64,000 bases of DNA from Candidatus Nitrospinota bacterium M3_3B_026 (GCA_051418015.1 JBPRGF010000003.1:96001-160000), one strand, 5' to 3'; positions 1-11,863 are shown, counted from the first letter of the stretch. Made by a program: numbers and translations. Notes: a model not told the origin generated them from the letters alone.

Positions 1-935
1 ACGACGCCGTGAGCCACCCCACCTTGAGCTTCAAGGACAGGGTGGTGGCCGCCGCCGTGAACAAGGCCAGGGAGTTCGGCTACGACACGATCGCCTGCGC
101 CTCCACGGGGAACCTGGCCAACTCCGTCGCCGCCCACGCCGCCAGCGCTGGCATGAAAAGCTACATCTTCATCCCCCACGACCTGGAGACGAGCAAGGTC
201 CTGGGCACGAGCGTCTACGGGCCGAAGGTGATCGCCATAAAAGGCTCCTACGACGACGTGAACAGGTTCTGCTCCGAGGTGGCGGCGGTTTTCAAGTGGG
301 CGTTCGTGAACATCAACATCCGGCCATACTACGGCGACGGGTCGAAGACTTTTGGATACGAGATCGCCGAGCAGCTCGGCTGGCGCGCGCCGGACAACGT
401 CGTCGTCCCCGTGGCCGGGTCGAGCCTGATAACGAAGATACACAAAGCCTTCAAGGAGTTCGAGCTGCTCGGGCTGATCCCCGAAGCGAAAACGAAAGTC
501 TTCGCCGCCCAGGCCACCGGCTGCTCTCCCGTCACCACGGCGATCAAGGAGGGCCGGGACGATTTCAAGCCGGTAAAGCCGAACACCATCGCCAAGTCGA
601 TAGCCATCGGCAACCCCGCCGACGGCTACTACGGGATAAAGGTCGTGCGCGAGACCGGCGGCTGGGGCGAGGACGTGACCGACGAGGAGCTCGTCGAGGG
701 GATGCTGCTTCTGGCCAGGACGGAAGGAGTCTTCACGGAGACCGCGGGGGGTGTGACGGTGGCGGTGACGAAGAAGCTTGTCGAGCAGGGCAGGATCGGG
801 AAAGACGAGCTGACGGTGGTATCGATCACCGGCCAGGGGCTGAAGACGAGGGAGGCTGTCGAAAGCCGCCTGAAAGCGCCGACGGTGATAGAGCCGAAGC
901 TCTCGGAGTTCGAGAAGATACAGGAGAACCTATAA
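1..935 (+). CDS. thrC: Threonine synthase-like PLP enzyme (5' truncated by window edge)
   Basis: PTLSFKDR PLP-lysine motif, CASTGN, VPVAGSS and AKSIAIGNP motifs; frame is open to the window edge. Confidence 0.85.
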   Translation, partial: DAVSHPTLSFKDRVVAAAVNKAREFGYDTIACASTGNLANSVAAHAASAGMKSYIFIPHDLETSKVLGTSVYGPKVIAIKGSYDDVNRFCSEVAAVFKWAFVNINIRPYYGDGSKTFGYEIAEQLGWRAPDNVVVPVAGSSLITKIHKAFKEFELLGLIPEAKTKVFAAQATGCSPVTTAIKEGRDDFKPVKPNTIAKSIAIGNPADGYYGIKVVRETGGWGEDVTDEELVEGMLLLARTEGVFTETAGGVTVAVTKKLVEQGRIGKDELTVVSITGQGLKTREAVESRLKAPTVIEPKLSEFEKIQENL

Positions 936-960
936 AGAGGAAAAGGGAGAGTTTTCGAAG

Positions 961-1245
961 ATGGCGAAGGTGAAGGTAAGAATCCCGACCCCGTTGCAGA
1001 AGCTCACCGGCGGCAAGGGAGAGGTCGAATGCGAAGGGGTGACCATCCGCGAGATGTTCGCCGCCCTGGAGAAAAGCTATCCCGGCGTCAAGGAGAGGCT
1101 CTACGACGAGGAGGGCAAGCTCCGGCGGTTCATCAACATATACGTGAACGAAGAGGACATAAGGTTCCTGGACGGCGAGGATACGAGCCTGAGCGAGGGC
1201 GACGACGTCTCCGTGATCCCCGCGATCGCCGGGGGCGGGGCCTGA
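961..1245 (+). CDS. MoaD/ThiS/CysO-family ubiquitin-like sulfur carrier
   Basis: VRIPTPL...FINIYVNEEDIRFLDG...VIPAIAGG signature; C-terminus is GGGA. Confidence 0.9.
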   Translation: MAKVKVRIPTPLQKLTGGKGEVECEGVTIREMFAALEKSYPGVKERLYDEEGKLRRFINIYVNEEDIRFLDGEDTSLSEGDDVSVIPAIAGGGA

Positions 1246-1270
1246 TTGAAAGACATTTAGAGAGGCAGCC

Positions 1271-2089
1271 ATGGTGGAGCTGAACGAGGAACAGATATAC
1301 CGCTACAGCCGCCACATAATCCTCCCCGAGGTGGGAGGCGTGGGCCAGAAGAAGCTGCTGGAGGCGCGCGTGCTGCTGCTCGGCGCGGGGGGCCTTGGCG
1401 CGCCGGCGCTCATGTACCTTGCCGCGGCGGGGGTCGGGAAGATCGGCGTGGTGGACTTCGACAAGGTGGACATGACCAACCTCCAGCGCCAGGTGATCCA
1501 CGGCTCCGACACCGTGGGCGAGCTGAAGGTGGAGTCGGCCAGGCGCTTCGTGGAAAAGCTCAACCCCGACGTGAAGGTGGACCCCATAAACGCGCGGCTG
1601 ACGTCGGAGAACGTCATGGATATTATCTCCGGCTACGACATCGTCGTGGACGGGTGCGACAACTTCCCCACCCGCTACCTGGTCAACGACGCCTGCGTCA
1701 TGACCGGCAAGGCCAACGTCCACGGCTCCATATTCCGGTTCGACGGCCAGGTGACCGTCTTCAAGCCGAAGGAGGGGCCCTGCTACCGGTGCCTTTACCC
1801 CGAGCCTCCGCCTCCGGGGATGGTGCCGAGCTGCCAGGAGGCCGGCGTCCTCGGCGCGCTGCCGGGCGTCGTGGGGACGCTGCAGGCGATCGAGGCGATA
1901 AAGCTGATAATCGGCAAGGGGGAGCCCTTGATCGGCAAGCTGCTTTTGTACAACGCGCTGCACGCCGAGTTCAGGAAGCTGAACATCCGGCGGGACGCGG
2001 ACTGCCCCGTCTGCGGCGACAACCCGACGGTGACGGAGCTTATAGACTATAACGAGTTCTGCGGCGTCCCCGCGCCCGAGGGGGGCTGA
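1271..2089 (+). CDS. moeB: MoeB/ThiF-family adenylyltransferase (no rhodanese domain)
   Basis: RYSRHI, GAGGLG, NLQRQ, CYRCLYP, SCQEAGVLG and CPVC motifs; protein ends at 272 aa. Confidence 0.92.
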   Translation: MVELNEEQIYRYSRHIILPEVGGVGQKKLLEARVLLLGAGGLGAPALMYLAAAGVGKIGVVDFDKVDMTNLQRQVIHGSDTVGELKVESARRFVEKLNPDVKVDPINARLTSENVMDIISGYDIVVDGCDNFPTRYLVNDACVMTGKANVHGSIFRFDGQVTVFKPKEGPCYRCLYPEPPPPGMVPSCQEAGVLGALPGVVGTLQAIEAIKLIIGKGEPLIGKLLLYNALHAEFRKLNIRRDADCPVCGDNPTVTELIDYNEFCGVPAPEGG

Positions 2090-2097
2090 CGGGACCG

Positions 2098-2403
2098 ATG
2101 AGGCTTCTGATGGTGATACACACCGGGCCGTTTCACGACAACACCGGCAGCCTGGTGGGCATTGGCCGCGCGGCGGCGGCGAAGGGGGCGCAGGTGACCG
2201 TCTTCGCCATGTCCGAAGGCGTCACAAACCTTGCGCGGGCGGACTTCGCCGGCCTGGTGAAAGAGGGAGTGAAGCTGATCGTGTGCGACAAGAACCGGCA
2301 GGAGCTTTCCGCCCCCGGCGATCTGCCCGGCGTCCATTACGGCAGCCAGTACGACCTCGCCGAACACATGGCCGACAGCGACCGGTTGATAAGTTTTACG
2401 TGA
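2098..2403 (+). CDS. DsrE/TusD-like sulfur relay protein
   Basis: 101 aa; VTVFAMSEGV, IVCDKN and GSQYDLAEHMADSDRLISF pattern typical of the DsrE fold. Confidence 0.7.
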   Translation: MRLLMVIHTGPFHDNTGSLVGIGRAAAAKGAQVTVFAMSEGVTNLARADFAGLVKEGVKLIVCDKNRQELSAPGDLPGVHYGSQYDLAEHMADSDRLISFT

Positions 2404-2411
2404 GGTGAAAG

Positions 2412-2747
2412 ATGCCTGACGTGGTGGTGACGATACGCGAGGCGCCCTCCGGGCGCGTGGCGGAGAAGCTGCGGATGGCTGTGGGGCTGACGCTGGTGGA
2501 CGACAACCGCGTCAGCGCGCTGCTGATCGGCGACGGCGTCTGGGCCGGGCTTGGGACGGACCCGGAGCGCTCCGGCCTGGAGATAGACAAACATCTTGAG
2601 ACCCTCAGCGTCCTGGGGGCGAAGATACTGGCCCACGCCCCCTCCGCCGAGACGCGCGGTGTGGCATACGAGAAATTCGGAATAGGAATGCTCGACGACG
2701 GGCAGGTTTCGAGCCTGTTGAAGGCGGAGAACACGATTATAGTGTGA
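2412..2747 (+). CDS. DsrF/TusC-like protein
   Basis: EKLRMAVGLTL...LLIGDGVW pattern; follows the DsrE-like gene. Confidence 0.65.
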   Translation: MPDVVVTIREAPSGRVAEKLRMAVGLTLVDDNRVSALLIGDGVWAGLGTDPERSGLEIDKHLETLSVLGAKILAHAPSAETRGVAYEKFGIGMLDDGQVSSLLKAENTIIV

Positions 2748-2792
2748 CGAAGGATGATGTCATTTAGATAGAGGGGAACGATACAGCAAGTC

Positions 2793-3749
2793 ATGTCGAA
2801 GTTAACGCCGACGGCCACGATCAACCTGGAACAGATCAGCGAGGACGCCCTGAAGAAGATCGGGAACACCCCCCTTCTTCGCCTTGAGAAGATCGAGAAG
2901 GAGTGTTGTCCGGGCGTTGAGATCTGGGGCAAGGCGGAATGGTACAACGCCAGCGGGTCCGTGAAGGCGCGGCCCGCGCTGCGGATGATCGAGCAGGGGG
3001 AGAAGACCGGCGAGCTCAAACCCGGCATGACGATACTGGACTCCACCTCCGGCAACACCGGCGTGGCCTACGCGCTGATCGGCCTGGCCAAGGGCTACAA
3101 AGTGAAGCTCGTGATGCCCGCGAACGTTTGCAATGAACGCAAGCAGCTTATGGCGAGCGGCTACAAGGCGGAGGTTGTCTACTCCGACGCCATGGCCGGC
3201 TCCGACGGGGCCATAGAGCTTTGCCGCGAGATATACGAGAAAGACCCGGACAAATATTTCTGGCCGGACCAGTACAACAACCCCGAGAACTGGCGGGCGC
3301 ACTACCACACCACCGCCAGGGAGATATGGGAGCAGACGAAAGGAAGGGTGACGCATTTCCTGGCGGGGATAGGCACCTCCGGCACCGTGATGGGGACGTC
3401 GCGGGGGCTGAAGGAGCGCAATCCGGCCATAAAGTGCTACGCCGTGGAACCCACCGAGTCGCTGCACGGCATCGAGGGACTCAAGCACATGGCCACCTCC
3501 ATCGTCCCTTCCATATACAATGAGAAGGAGCTGGACGGCAAGATAAGCGTGAAGACCGAGGAGGCCTACGAGATGGTGACGCGGATATTCGAGGAGGAGG
3601 GCCTGCTCGTCGGCTCCAGCTCCGGCGCGGCCGTGGCGGCGGCGGTGAAGCTTTGCAAGACGCTCAGCGAGGGCGTGATAGTGACCGTGCTGCCCGACTC
3701 CTGCGAGTGCGAGGCGACCCACGGGGAGTTCCCGCCATGCCGGAGGTGA
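2793..3749 (+). CDS. cysM: Cysteine synthase B-like PLP enzyme
   Basis: IGNTPL, KAEWYNASGSVKAR, STSGNTG, GIGTSGT and GSSSGA motifs. Confidence 0.88.
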   Translation: MSKLTPTATINLEQISEDALKKIGNTPLLRLEKIEKECCPGVEIWGKAEWYNASGSVKARPALRMIEQGEKTGELKPGMTILDSTSGNTGVAYALIGLAKGYKVKLVMPANVCNERKQLMASGYKAEVVYSDAMAGSDGAIELCREIYEKDPDKYFWPDQYNNPENWRAHYHTTAREIWEQTKGRVTHFLAGIGTSGTVMGTSRGLKERNPAIKCYAVEPTESLHGIEGLKHMATSIVPSIYNEKELDGKISVKTEEAYEMVTRIFEEEGLLVGSSSGAAVAAAVKLCKTLSEGVIVTVLPDSCECEATHGEFPPCRR

Positions 3750-4021
3750 AGACGCTGGTCCTGGTAACGAGGCCCGTGGACCCCCGGGCGGACGAGACGG
3801 CCAGGCTCGTCCTGGAGACGGCGGACGAGATCGCGCTGATCCAGTCCGGCGTCTATAATGACATCGAGCGGATGAGGCGGGAGGGCCTGTCCTTTTCCGG
3901 GCGGGTGATCGCCCTCGAGGAGGACGTCCGGGCGCGCAGGGTCGAGGCGGGCGCGGACCTTGTCCACCACGACGGCCTCGTGGAGGCGATAGAGAGAAAC
4001 GACAAGGTTGTCACCATATAG
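3737..4021 (+). CDS. DsrH/TusB-like protein
   Basis: IALIQSGVY and ALEEDVRARR...DGLVEAI pattern; ATG at 3737 overlaps the cysM end. Confidence 0.7.
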   Translation: MPEVKTLVLVTRPVDPRADETARLVLETADEIALIQSGVYNDIERMRREGLSFSGRVIALEEDVRARRVEAGADLVHHDGLVEAIERNDKVVTI

Positions 4022-4040
4022 ATCGCTGGAGACAGGATAG

Positions 4041-4280
4041 ATGACCGTTCAGGCGGACGAGGAGATCGACATCCGGGGGGAGGTGTGCCCTTACACCTTC
4101 GTGAAATCGAAGCTGAAGATCGAGACGATGGAGTCCGGCCAGGTTCTAAGGGTCGTGACCGACCACGAGCCCGCGACGCGCAACGTCCCCCGCAGCATGG
4201 AAAGCGAGGGGCACGAGATACTGGTCGCCCCGCACAAGATAAACGAGACCGACTGGGAGTTTTTCGTCAAGAAGAACTGA
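4041..4280 (+). CDS. tusA: TusA/SirA-family sulfurtransferase
   Basis: IDIRGEVCPY motif, GQVLRVVTDH, 79 aa. Confidence 0.85.
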   Translation: MTVQADEEIDIRGEVCPYTFVKSKLKIETMESGQVLRVVTDHEPATRNVPRSMESEGHEILVAPHKINETDWEFFVKKN

Positions 4281-4411
4281 CCCCCTGCGGAAGGTTTTTT
4301 GAGGCTGGAGTCCGAAACTGGTACGAAGCCGAGACAATCATAAAAAACTCCCCTACCACCGTGGAAGGGGAGTTAAAAAAAGAGCGGCGGAGGCCCCCGC
4401 CGCTTCGGCGT

Positions 4412-4519
4412 TGTCATGCTGGGCGTCAGCGAAGCGTCCCGCGCGGATGAAAATCGGGATTCTTCGGCTTTCGCCCCGGAATGACAACCAATGTCGTTCC
4501 AGGCGGAGCGGAGAATCCC
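4412..4519. repeat. TGTCA-tagged palindromic repeat (family C) plus a partial third arm
   Basis: TGTCATGCTGGGC...GAAGCGTCCC...GGGATTCTTCGG...GGAATGACA; similar to the copies at 24691, 32354 and 37507. Confidence 0.7.
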
Positions 4520-4550
4520 ATGGGTTCCAGCCCCGCGGAAAGGTCACAAA

Positions 4551-5045
4551 ATGAGTGAGCGATATTTTTCGATACTGTTCCCGGAGGGGATCGTCCGCGA
4601 GCCGGTGATCTACTCCCTGGTGAAGCGGTACGGCCTGACGACGAACATATACCGCGCCTCCGTCACGGCCGCGGGCGGCTGGATACTGGCCAGCATCGTC
4701 GGCCCCGGCGATGTCATAGACTCCGCCATACTGGACATCAAGTGCCGCGGCGGCCTGCCCCACGAGGGAGACAGGAGCATCCTGTCGATGAAAAGCCCCC
4801 CCCGGCTCTCCGCCATAAAGGTTCGGCTTTCCATTCCGGCGGACAGGGTGGAGGAGCCGACGATCAGCGAGATGATAAAGGATTTCGACGTGGTGATAAA
4901 CATCCGCCAAGCGGACATAGGCCCCGACAGCGGCGTCATGGAGATGGAGATATCCGGCGCCCTGGAGGCCATCGACCGCGCCGTGGATTTCATCAAGAAA
5001 AAGGGGATCGACGTGAGCCCCATAGAAGGCAACGTGATCGAATGA
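4551..5045 (+). CDS. Tandem NIL-domain protein
   Basis: Two repeats of the F/IP....EP.I..L/M...NI..A...G pattern; ends VSPIEGNVIE. Confidence 0.75.
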   Translation: MSERYFSILFPEGIVREPVIYSLVKRYGLTTNIYRASVTAAGGWILASIVGPGDVIDSAILDIKCRGGLPHEGDRSILSMKSPPRLSAIKVRLSIPADRVEEPTISEMIKDFDVVINIRQADIGPDSGVMEMEISGALEAIDRAVDFIKKKGIDVSPIEGNVIE

Positions 5046-5497
5046 GGATATCCACCAAGGGCCACTACGCCGTGCAGGCCATCGTGGACATCGCCATGAA
5101 AGGCGGCGGCGCGCCCGTCTCGCTGGGGCTGATCGCCCAGAGACAGGAGCTTTCGCAAAACTACCTGGAGCAGCTTTTCGTGAAGCTTCGCAAGGCGGAC
5201 CTCGTCCGGTCGGTCCGCGGCCCCGGCGGGGGATACATGCTCGCCCGCGGCCCGTCACAGATCACCATCGGCCAGATATTCGCCGCGGTGGACGAAAGCC
5301 TCACGCTCATAGAGTGCGCCGGCGAGACGGCGGCGGGCGAGGAGGGCTTTTGCTCCAGGGCCGACGACTGCGTGACCCAGGCGCTCTGGTCGAAGCTGTG
5401 CCAGCACTTCAACAGCCTGCTTTTCTCCATCACCATAAACGACGTCATCAGAGGCGAGATAGAGCTGCCCGCCCCGGCCGGGTCCGGCCATCCCTAA
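5042..5497 (+). CDS. Rrf2-family transcriptional regulator (IscR-like, three Cys)
   Basis: ISTKGHYA, YLEQLF, SVRGPGGGYML; three C-terminal Cys; ATGA overlap with the NIL gene. Confidence 0.92.
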   Translation: MRISTKGHYAVQAIVDIAMKGGGAPVSLGLIAQRQELSQNYLEQLFVKLRKADLVRSVRGPGGGYMLARGPSQITIGQIFAAVDESLTLIECAGETAAGEEGFCSRADDCVTQALWSKLCQHFNSLLFSITINDVIRGEIELPAPAGSGHP

Positions 5498-5667
5498 TCC
5501 GCCCGCTCCCCGCGCCGCCGCGCCGGAATTCCCAAGATACACAAACCGCAGAACGCGGATTTTCAACGCCTTAAAAATCACCCTGAAAACCTCCTGTTTT
5601 CGTCTTGACCGGCGGTTTTTCAGGACATACAATCTAGCTTTTCCCGACTGTTCCAAACGTTATTGAT

Positions 5668-7005
5668 ATGCCTTCACACCGCCTCTGGGCGCAGCTAAAG
5701 GACACCCTGAAGGAAAAGCTCAACCCTCACAACTACGAGTCCTGGATAGAGCCCGTCGACGTCGTCTCTTTCAAGGGCAAAGAGCTTGCCCTGTCCGTTC
5801 CCTCCACCTTCTTCATAGAGTGGATAGAGGAGCATTACCGGGAGATAATGGAAAAAACCCTGTCGGAGATGACCGGCGGCGATGTGAAAATCAGCCTGGT
5901 GGTCGCGAACAGGAAAAACGGAGCTGACGGAGGAGCCCGGCCAGCGACGGCGCAAGACCCGGACGTCATCAGCCAGGCGAGGGCGAGGGCGAACCTGAAC
6001 GAAAAATACACCTTCGCCAATTTCGTCGTCGGCAAGAGCAACGAATTCTCCAACGCCTCCGCCAGAGCCGTGACCAAAAAGATCGGCGAGGCCTACAACC
6101 CCCTTTTCATATACGGGGGCGTGGGCCTCGGCAAGACGCATCTCATGCAGGCCATAGGCAACGAGGCGCTGGAGAAAAACCCGGCCCTGAACGTCCTGTA
6201 TATAAGCTCTGAAAAGTTCGTAAACAAGCTCATCAGCGCCATCCAGCGCGGCTCCATGGCCGCCTTCAGAAAAAGGTTCAGGAGCCTGGACCTTTTACTG
6301 GTCGACGACGTGCAATTTATAGGCGGAAAGGAGAGGACCCAGGAGGAGTTTTTCCACACCTTCAACTCCCTCTTCGAGATGAAAAAACAAATTGTAATAT
6401 CCTCTGACAAATTCCCGAGGGATATAACGAACCTCGAGGAGCGTCTCCGGTCACGTTTCGCCTGGGGTCTCATCGCCGATATACAGCCGCCGGAGCTTGA
6501 GACCAAGATCGCCATACTCAAGAAGATAGCCCACCAGAACGGGTTCAGGCTGGACAGCGACGTGGCGGCGTATCTCGCCAACAAGATCAGATCAAACATA
6601 AGGGAGCTGGAAGGCTGCCTGGCCAGGGTGATGGCCTATGCCTCGCTGACGGGACAGGATATCAACATCGACATGGCCAAAGAGACCCTGAAGGGGATTT
6701 ACGACGACGCCACCAGGATGATCGATATCCGCCAGATACAAAAAGCCGTATGTGATTATTACAAAATAAAGGTCGTGGACCTGAAATCGAAAAATCGCTC
6801 GAAAAAGGTGATGATACCGCGCCATACGGCCGTATACCTGGCGCGGGAGTACACGAACACGTCTCTTCCGGAGATCGGAAGAGCTTTCGGGGGGAGAGAC
6901 CACACGACAGTTATGCACTCCATCAGGAAGATAAAGAAGGATATCGAGCAGGACACCAGGCTTTACAACGATATAAACGAGATCAAGAAGACTCTTGACC
7001 TGTAG
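5668..7005 (+). CDS. dnaA: Chromosomal replication initiator DnaA
   Basis: YNPLFIYGGVGLGKTHL, LLVDDVQF, RLRSRF, NIRELEG and GGRDHTTVMH motifs. Confidence 0.99.
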   Translation: MPSHRLWAQLKDTLKEKLNPHNYESWIEPVDVVSFKGKELALSVPSTFFIEWIEEHYREIMEKTLSEMTGGDVKISLVVANRKNGADGGARPATAQDPDVISQARARANLNEKYTFANFVVGKSNEFSNASARAVTKKIGEAYNPLFIYGGVGLGKTHLMQAIGNEALEKNPALNVLYISSEKFVNKLISAIQRGSMAAFRKRFRSLDLLLVDDVQFIGGKERTQEEFFHTFNSLFEMKKQIVISSDKFPRDITNLEERLRSRFAWGLIADIQPPELETKIAILKKIAHQNGFRLDSDVAAYLANKIRSNIRELEGCLARVMAYASLTGQDINIDMAKETLKGIYDDATRMIDIRQIQKAVCDYYKIKVVDLKSKNRSKKVMIPRHTAVYLAREYTNTSLPEIGRAFGGRDHTTVMHSIRKIKKDIEQDTRLYNDINEIKKTLDL

Positions 7006-9578
<2,573 letters not shown>

Positions 9579-9611
9579 CAGGCGCGCTTTGAGCCGGGCC
9601 GTTTGCTGGAA

Positions 9612-10394
9612 ATGATGAAAAACACCCGTCGTCCCGCGCCTCTTCTCGCGCCTGTCTTTCTCATCGCCGCCGCGGCGGTCTTCGGCGCGCTCCTGGCCCC
9701 CCCGCCCGCCATCGCGCAGAAACCCCCCGCCGTCAGGCTCAAAGGGCCTTTCTGGACCCTGGAGGCGCCGTCGCCCGTCCGGGTGTTCATAGACCCCGCC
9801 CACGGCGGGACGGAGCTTGGCGCGCGCGGCCCGGCCATGACGCTGGAGAAGAACATCACGCTGAAAATAGCCCGCCTCACAGGACGCAGGCTCTCCGCGG
9901 ACGACAGGCTGGAGGTCGTCTTCTCACACCGGGAGGACGCCGGGATGACAATAACCGGCAGGATAGACAAGGCCAACTCCGCGCGGGCAAGGCTCTACCT
10001 GGGAATACACACGGGCGGCGGGAGAACCCCCTCCCGGGGCCCGATGAGAATTTTTATCAACAACGGCGATACCGCCGTCCCCACCGCGGGCGAAAAAGAC
10101 CCCATGACCCCCTGGGAGGAGCTGAACTCGCGTCACGCCGGGGAAAACAGGGAGCTTGCGGAGGCTGTCGCCGCGGAGCTTGAGAACATGGACAGGAAAA
10201 GGGGGGCAAGGATAATAAAAACAGGCAGGCTTTTTCTCGGCGGGCTCGACATGCCCGCCGTCATCGTGGAGCCGCTGGACCTTGCCAACCCCGAGGACGA
10301 GATCACCCTCGAGGATGGCGGCAGGCTCAAAAGGATCGCCGACGCCCTGGCTATGGGGATAATCGGCTTTCTGATGAAAACGGGGGAGCTGTGA
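9612..10394 (+). CDS. N-acetylmuramoyl-L-alanine amidase (Amidase_3)
   Basis: Signal peptide; IDPAHGG, EKNITL, GIH and PAVIVE motifs. Confidence 0.8.
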   Translation: MMKNTRRPAPLLAPVFLIAAAAVFGALLAPPPAIAQKPPAVRLKGPFWTLEAPSPVRVFIDPAHGGTELGARGPAMTLEKNITLKIARLTGRRLSADDRLEVVFSHREDAGMTITGRIDKANSARARLYLGIHTGGGRTPSRGPMRIFINNGDTAVPTAGEKDPMTPWEELNSRHAGENRELAEAVAAELENMDRKRGARIIKTGRLFLGGLDMPAVIVEPLDLANPEDEITLEDGGRLKRIADALAMGIIGFLMKTGEL

Positions 10395-10474
10395 GGAGTA
10401 TTTCGCTTGCCGTTGCTATCCTGGGCCGAAGGCGAAGGATCTCATGACGCGCGAAACAGGGAGGACATGACGGC

Positions 10475-11047
10475 GTGAGAGGATACCTGAAATGGATCGC
10501 GCTGCTTGTCCTCCTCGCCGCCGCTGTCTGGCTTCTGCCCACGCCGGGCCGAACCCCGCGGACAGGTGAAAAAGCCTTAACCACCGCCGGCCCGGCCGAT
10601 GGCGAAGAGCCGGAAAACGTCGTCATCGAGGCCGTCCTGAGCCTTCCCGGCGACGGCTGGGATGGCCTCGCGGCGAAAACGGCGGAGATCGAGGCCGGGG
10701 CGGACCCCGCGGACAGGGTGGAGGCCGTCCTGCGGAAAATCCTGGAGGACCCGCAAAGCCCCCTGCCGGAGGAGACGCTGATACGGCAGGTGTTCGTCTA
10801 TGACGATGTCGCCGTCGTGTCGCTGGACGGCGCCTTCCGCGAAAAGTTCTGGGGAGGGCCCTGGCGGGAGCTGCTGGCGGTCTACAGCCTGGTGAACACG
10901 CTGACCGAAAACCTGGAGCGGATAGAAAAGGTCAGGATACTGATAGACGACCAGGAGGCGGAGGTCTTCGCAAGCCACGTGGACATCACGGAAGAGATAT
11001 CCCCCGATCAATCCTTCACCATCGAAAAAGAGGCGGCGGGGGCGTGA
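10475..11047 (+). CDS. GerMN-domain protein
   Basis: N-terminal membrane anchor; ELLAVYSLVNTLTEN...VRILID...HVD; sits between the amidase and murI. Confidence 0.8.
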   Translation: MRGYLKWIALLVLLAAAVWLLPTPGRTPRTGEKALTTAGPADGEEPENVVIEAVLSLPGDGWDGLAAKTAEIEAGADPADRVEAVLRKILEDPQSPLPEETLIRQVFVYDDVAVVSLDGAFREKFWGGPWRELLAVYSLVNTLTENLERIEKVRILIDDQEAEVFASHVDITEEISPDQSFTIEKEAAGA

Positions 11048-11844
11048 CCGATCCGCGCCCCATCGGGATGTTCGACTCCGGGATCGGCGGCCTCACGGTC
11101 CTGGGGGAGATAAGGAAAAGACTGCCGGCCGAGTCGATCGTATACCTCGGCGACACAGCCCGCGTCCCATACGGGACCAAGTCCGGGAGAACCGTCGCCC
11201 GCTACTCGGTCAACAACACCCGGCTGCTGCTCGGCGCCGGGGTGAAGATGATAGTCGTCGCCTGCAACACCGCCTCGTCCTACGCCATGGACGACGTGGC
11301 CGCCGAGTCCGAGGCGCCCGTGGTGGGGGTCGTGGAAGGGGGCGTCCGCGCCGCCGTGGAGAGCGGCTCGGCCCGCATAGGCGTGATCGGCACCGAGGCC
11401 ACCATCCGCTCCGGCGCCTACCCGGCCAGGATAAAGGCGCTGGCCCCGGACGCCGAGGTCATCTCGAAGCCGTGCCCGCTTTTCGTCTCCCTGGTGGAGG
11501 AAGGGTGGACGGACAACGAAGTCGCCCGGGCCGTGGCGCGGGAGTACCTGGGGGACCTGCGGGGGAGGGTGGACGCGCTGGTGCTGGCCTGCACCCATTA
11601 CCCGCTGCTGAAAAAGACCATCGCCGGGGTGATGGGGCCCGGTGTCACGCTCATAGACTCCGCCGAGCAGACGGCGCGGCTCGTGGCCGGGAAGATCGAG
11701 GCGGACGGGCTCGCCGTTGACAGCGCCGCGCCGGGGCGTGTACGTTTCATGGTCACGGATTCGCCGGAGCGAAGCCTGCGGATAGGCAAAAGGATGCTGG
11801 GCGGGGATGAGATAACGGAAGTCGAGCTTGTGGATTTGTCGTAA
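11044..11844 (+). CDS. murI: Glutamate racemase
   Basis: FDSGIGGLTV, DTARVPYG, VACNTAS and LACTHYP motifs. Confidence 0.97.
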   Translation: MTDPRPIGMFDSGIGGLTVLGEIRKRLPAESIVYLGDTARVPYGTKSGRTVARYSVNNTRLLLGAGVKMIVVACNTASSYAMDDVAAESEAPVVGVVEGGVRAAVESGSARIGVIGTEATIRSGAYPARIKALAPDAEVISKPCPLFVSLVEEGWTDNEVARAVAREYLGDLRGRVDALVLACTHYPLLKKTIAGVMGPGVTLIDSAEQTARLVAGKIEADGLAVDSAAPGRVRFMVTDSPERSLRIGKRMLGGDEITEVELVDLS

Positions 11845-11863
11845 TAATTTTCAAGGTATAAGG

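Noticed and set aside
4346..4380. AACTCCCCT...AGGGGAGTT hairpin after tusA as an operon terminator
   Set aside because: It is followed by A residues on the sense strand rather than a U tract; more likely a minus-strand terminator or a degenerate family-A repeat.
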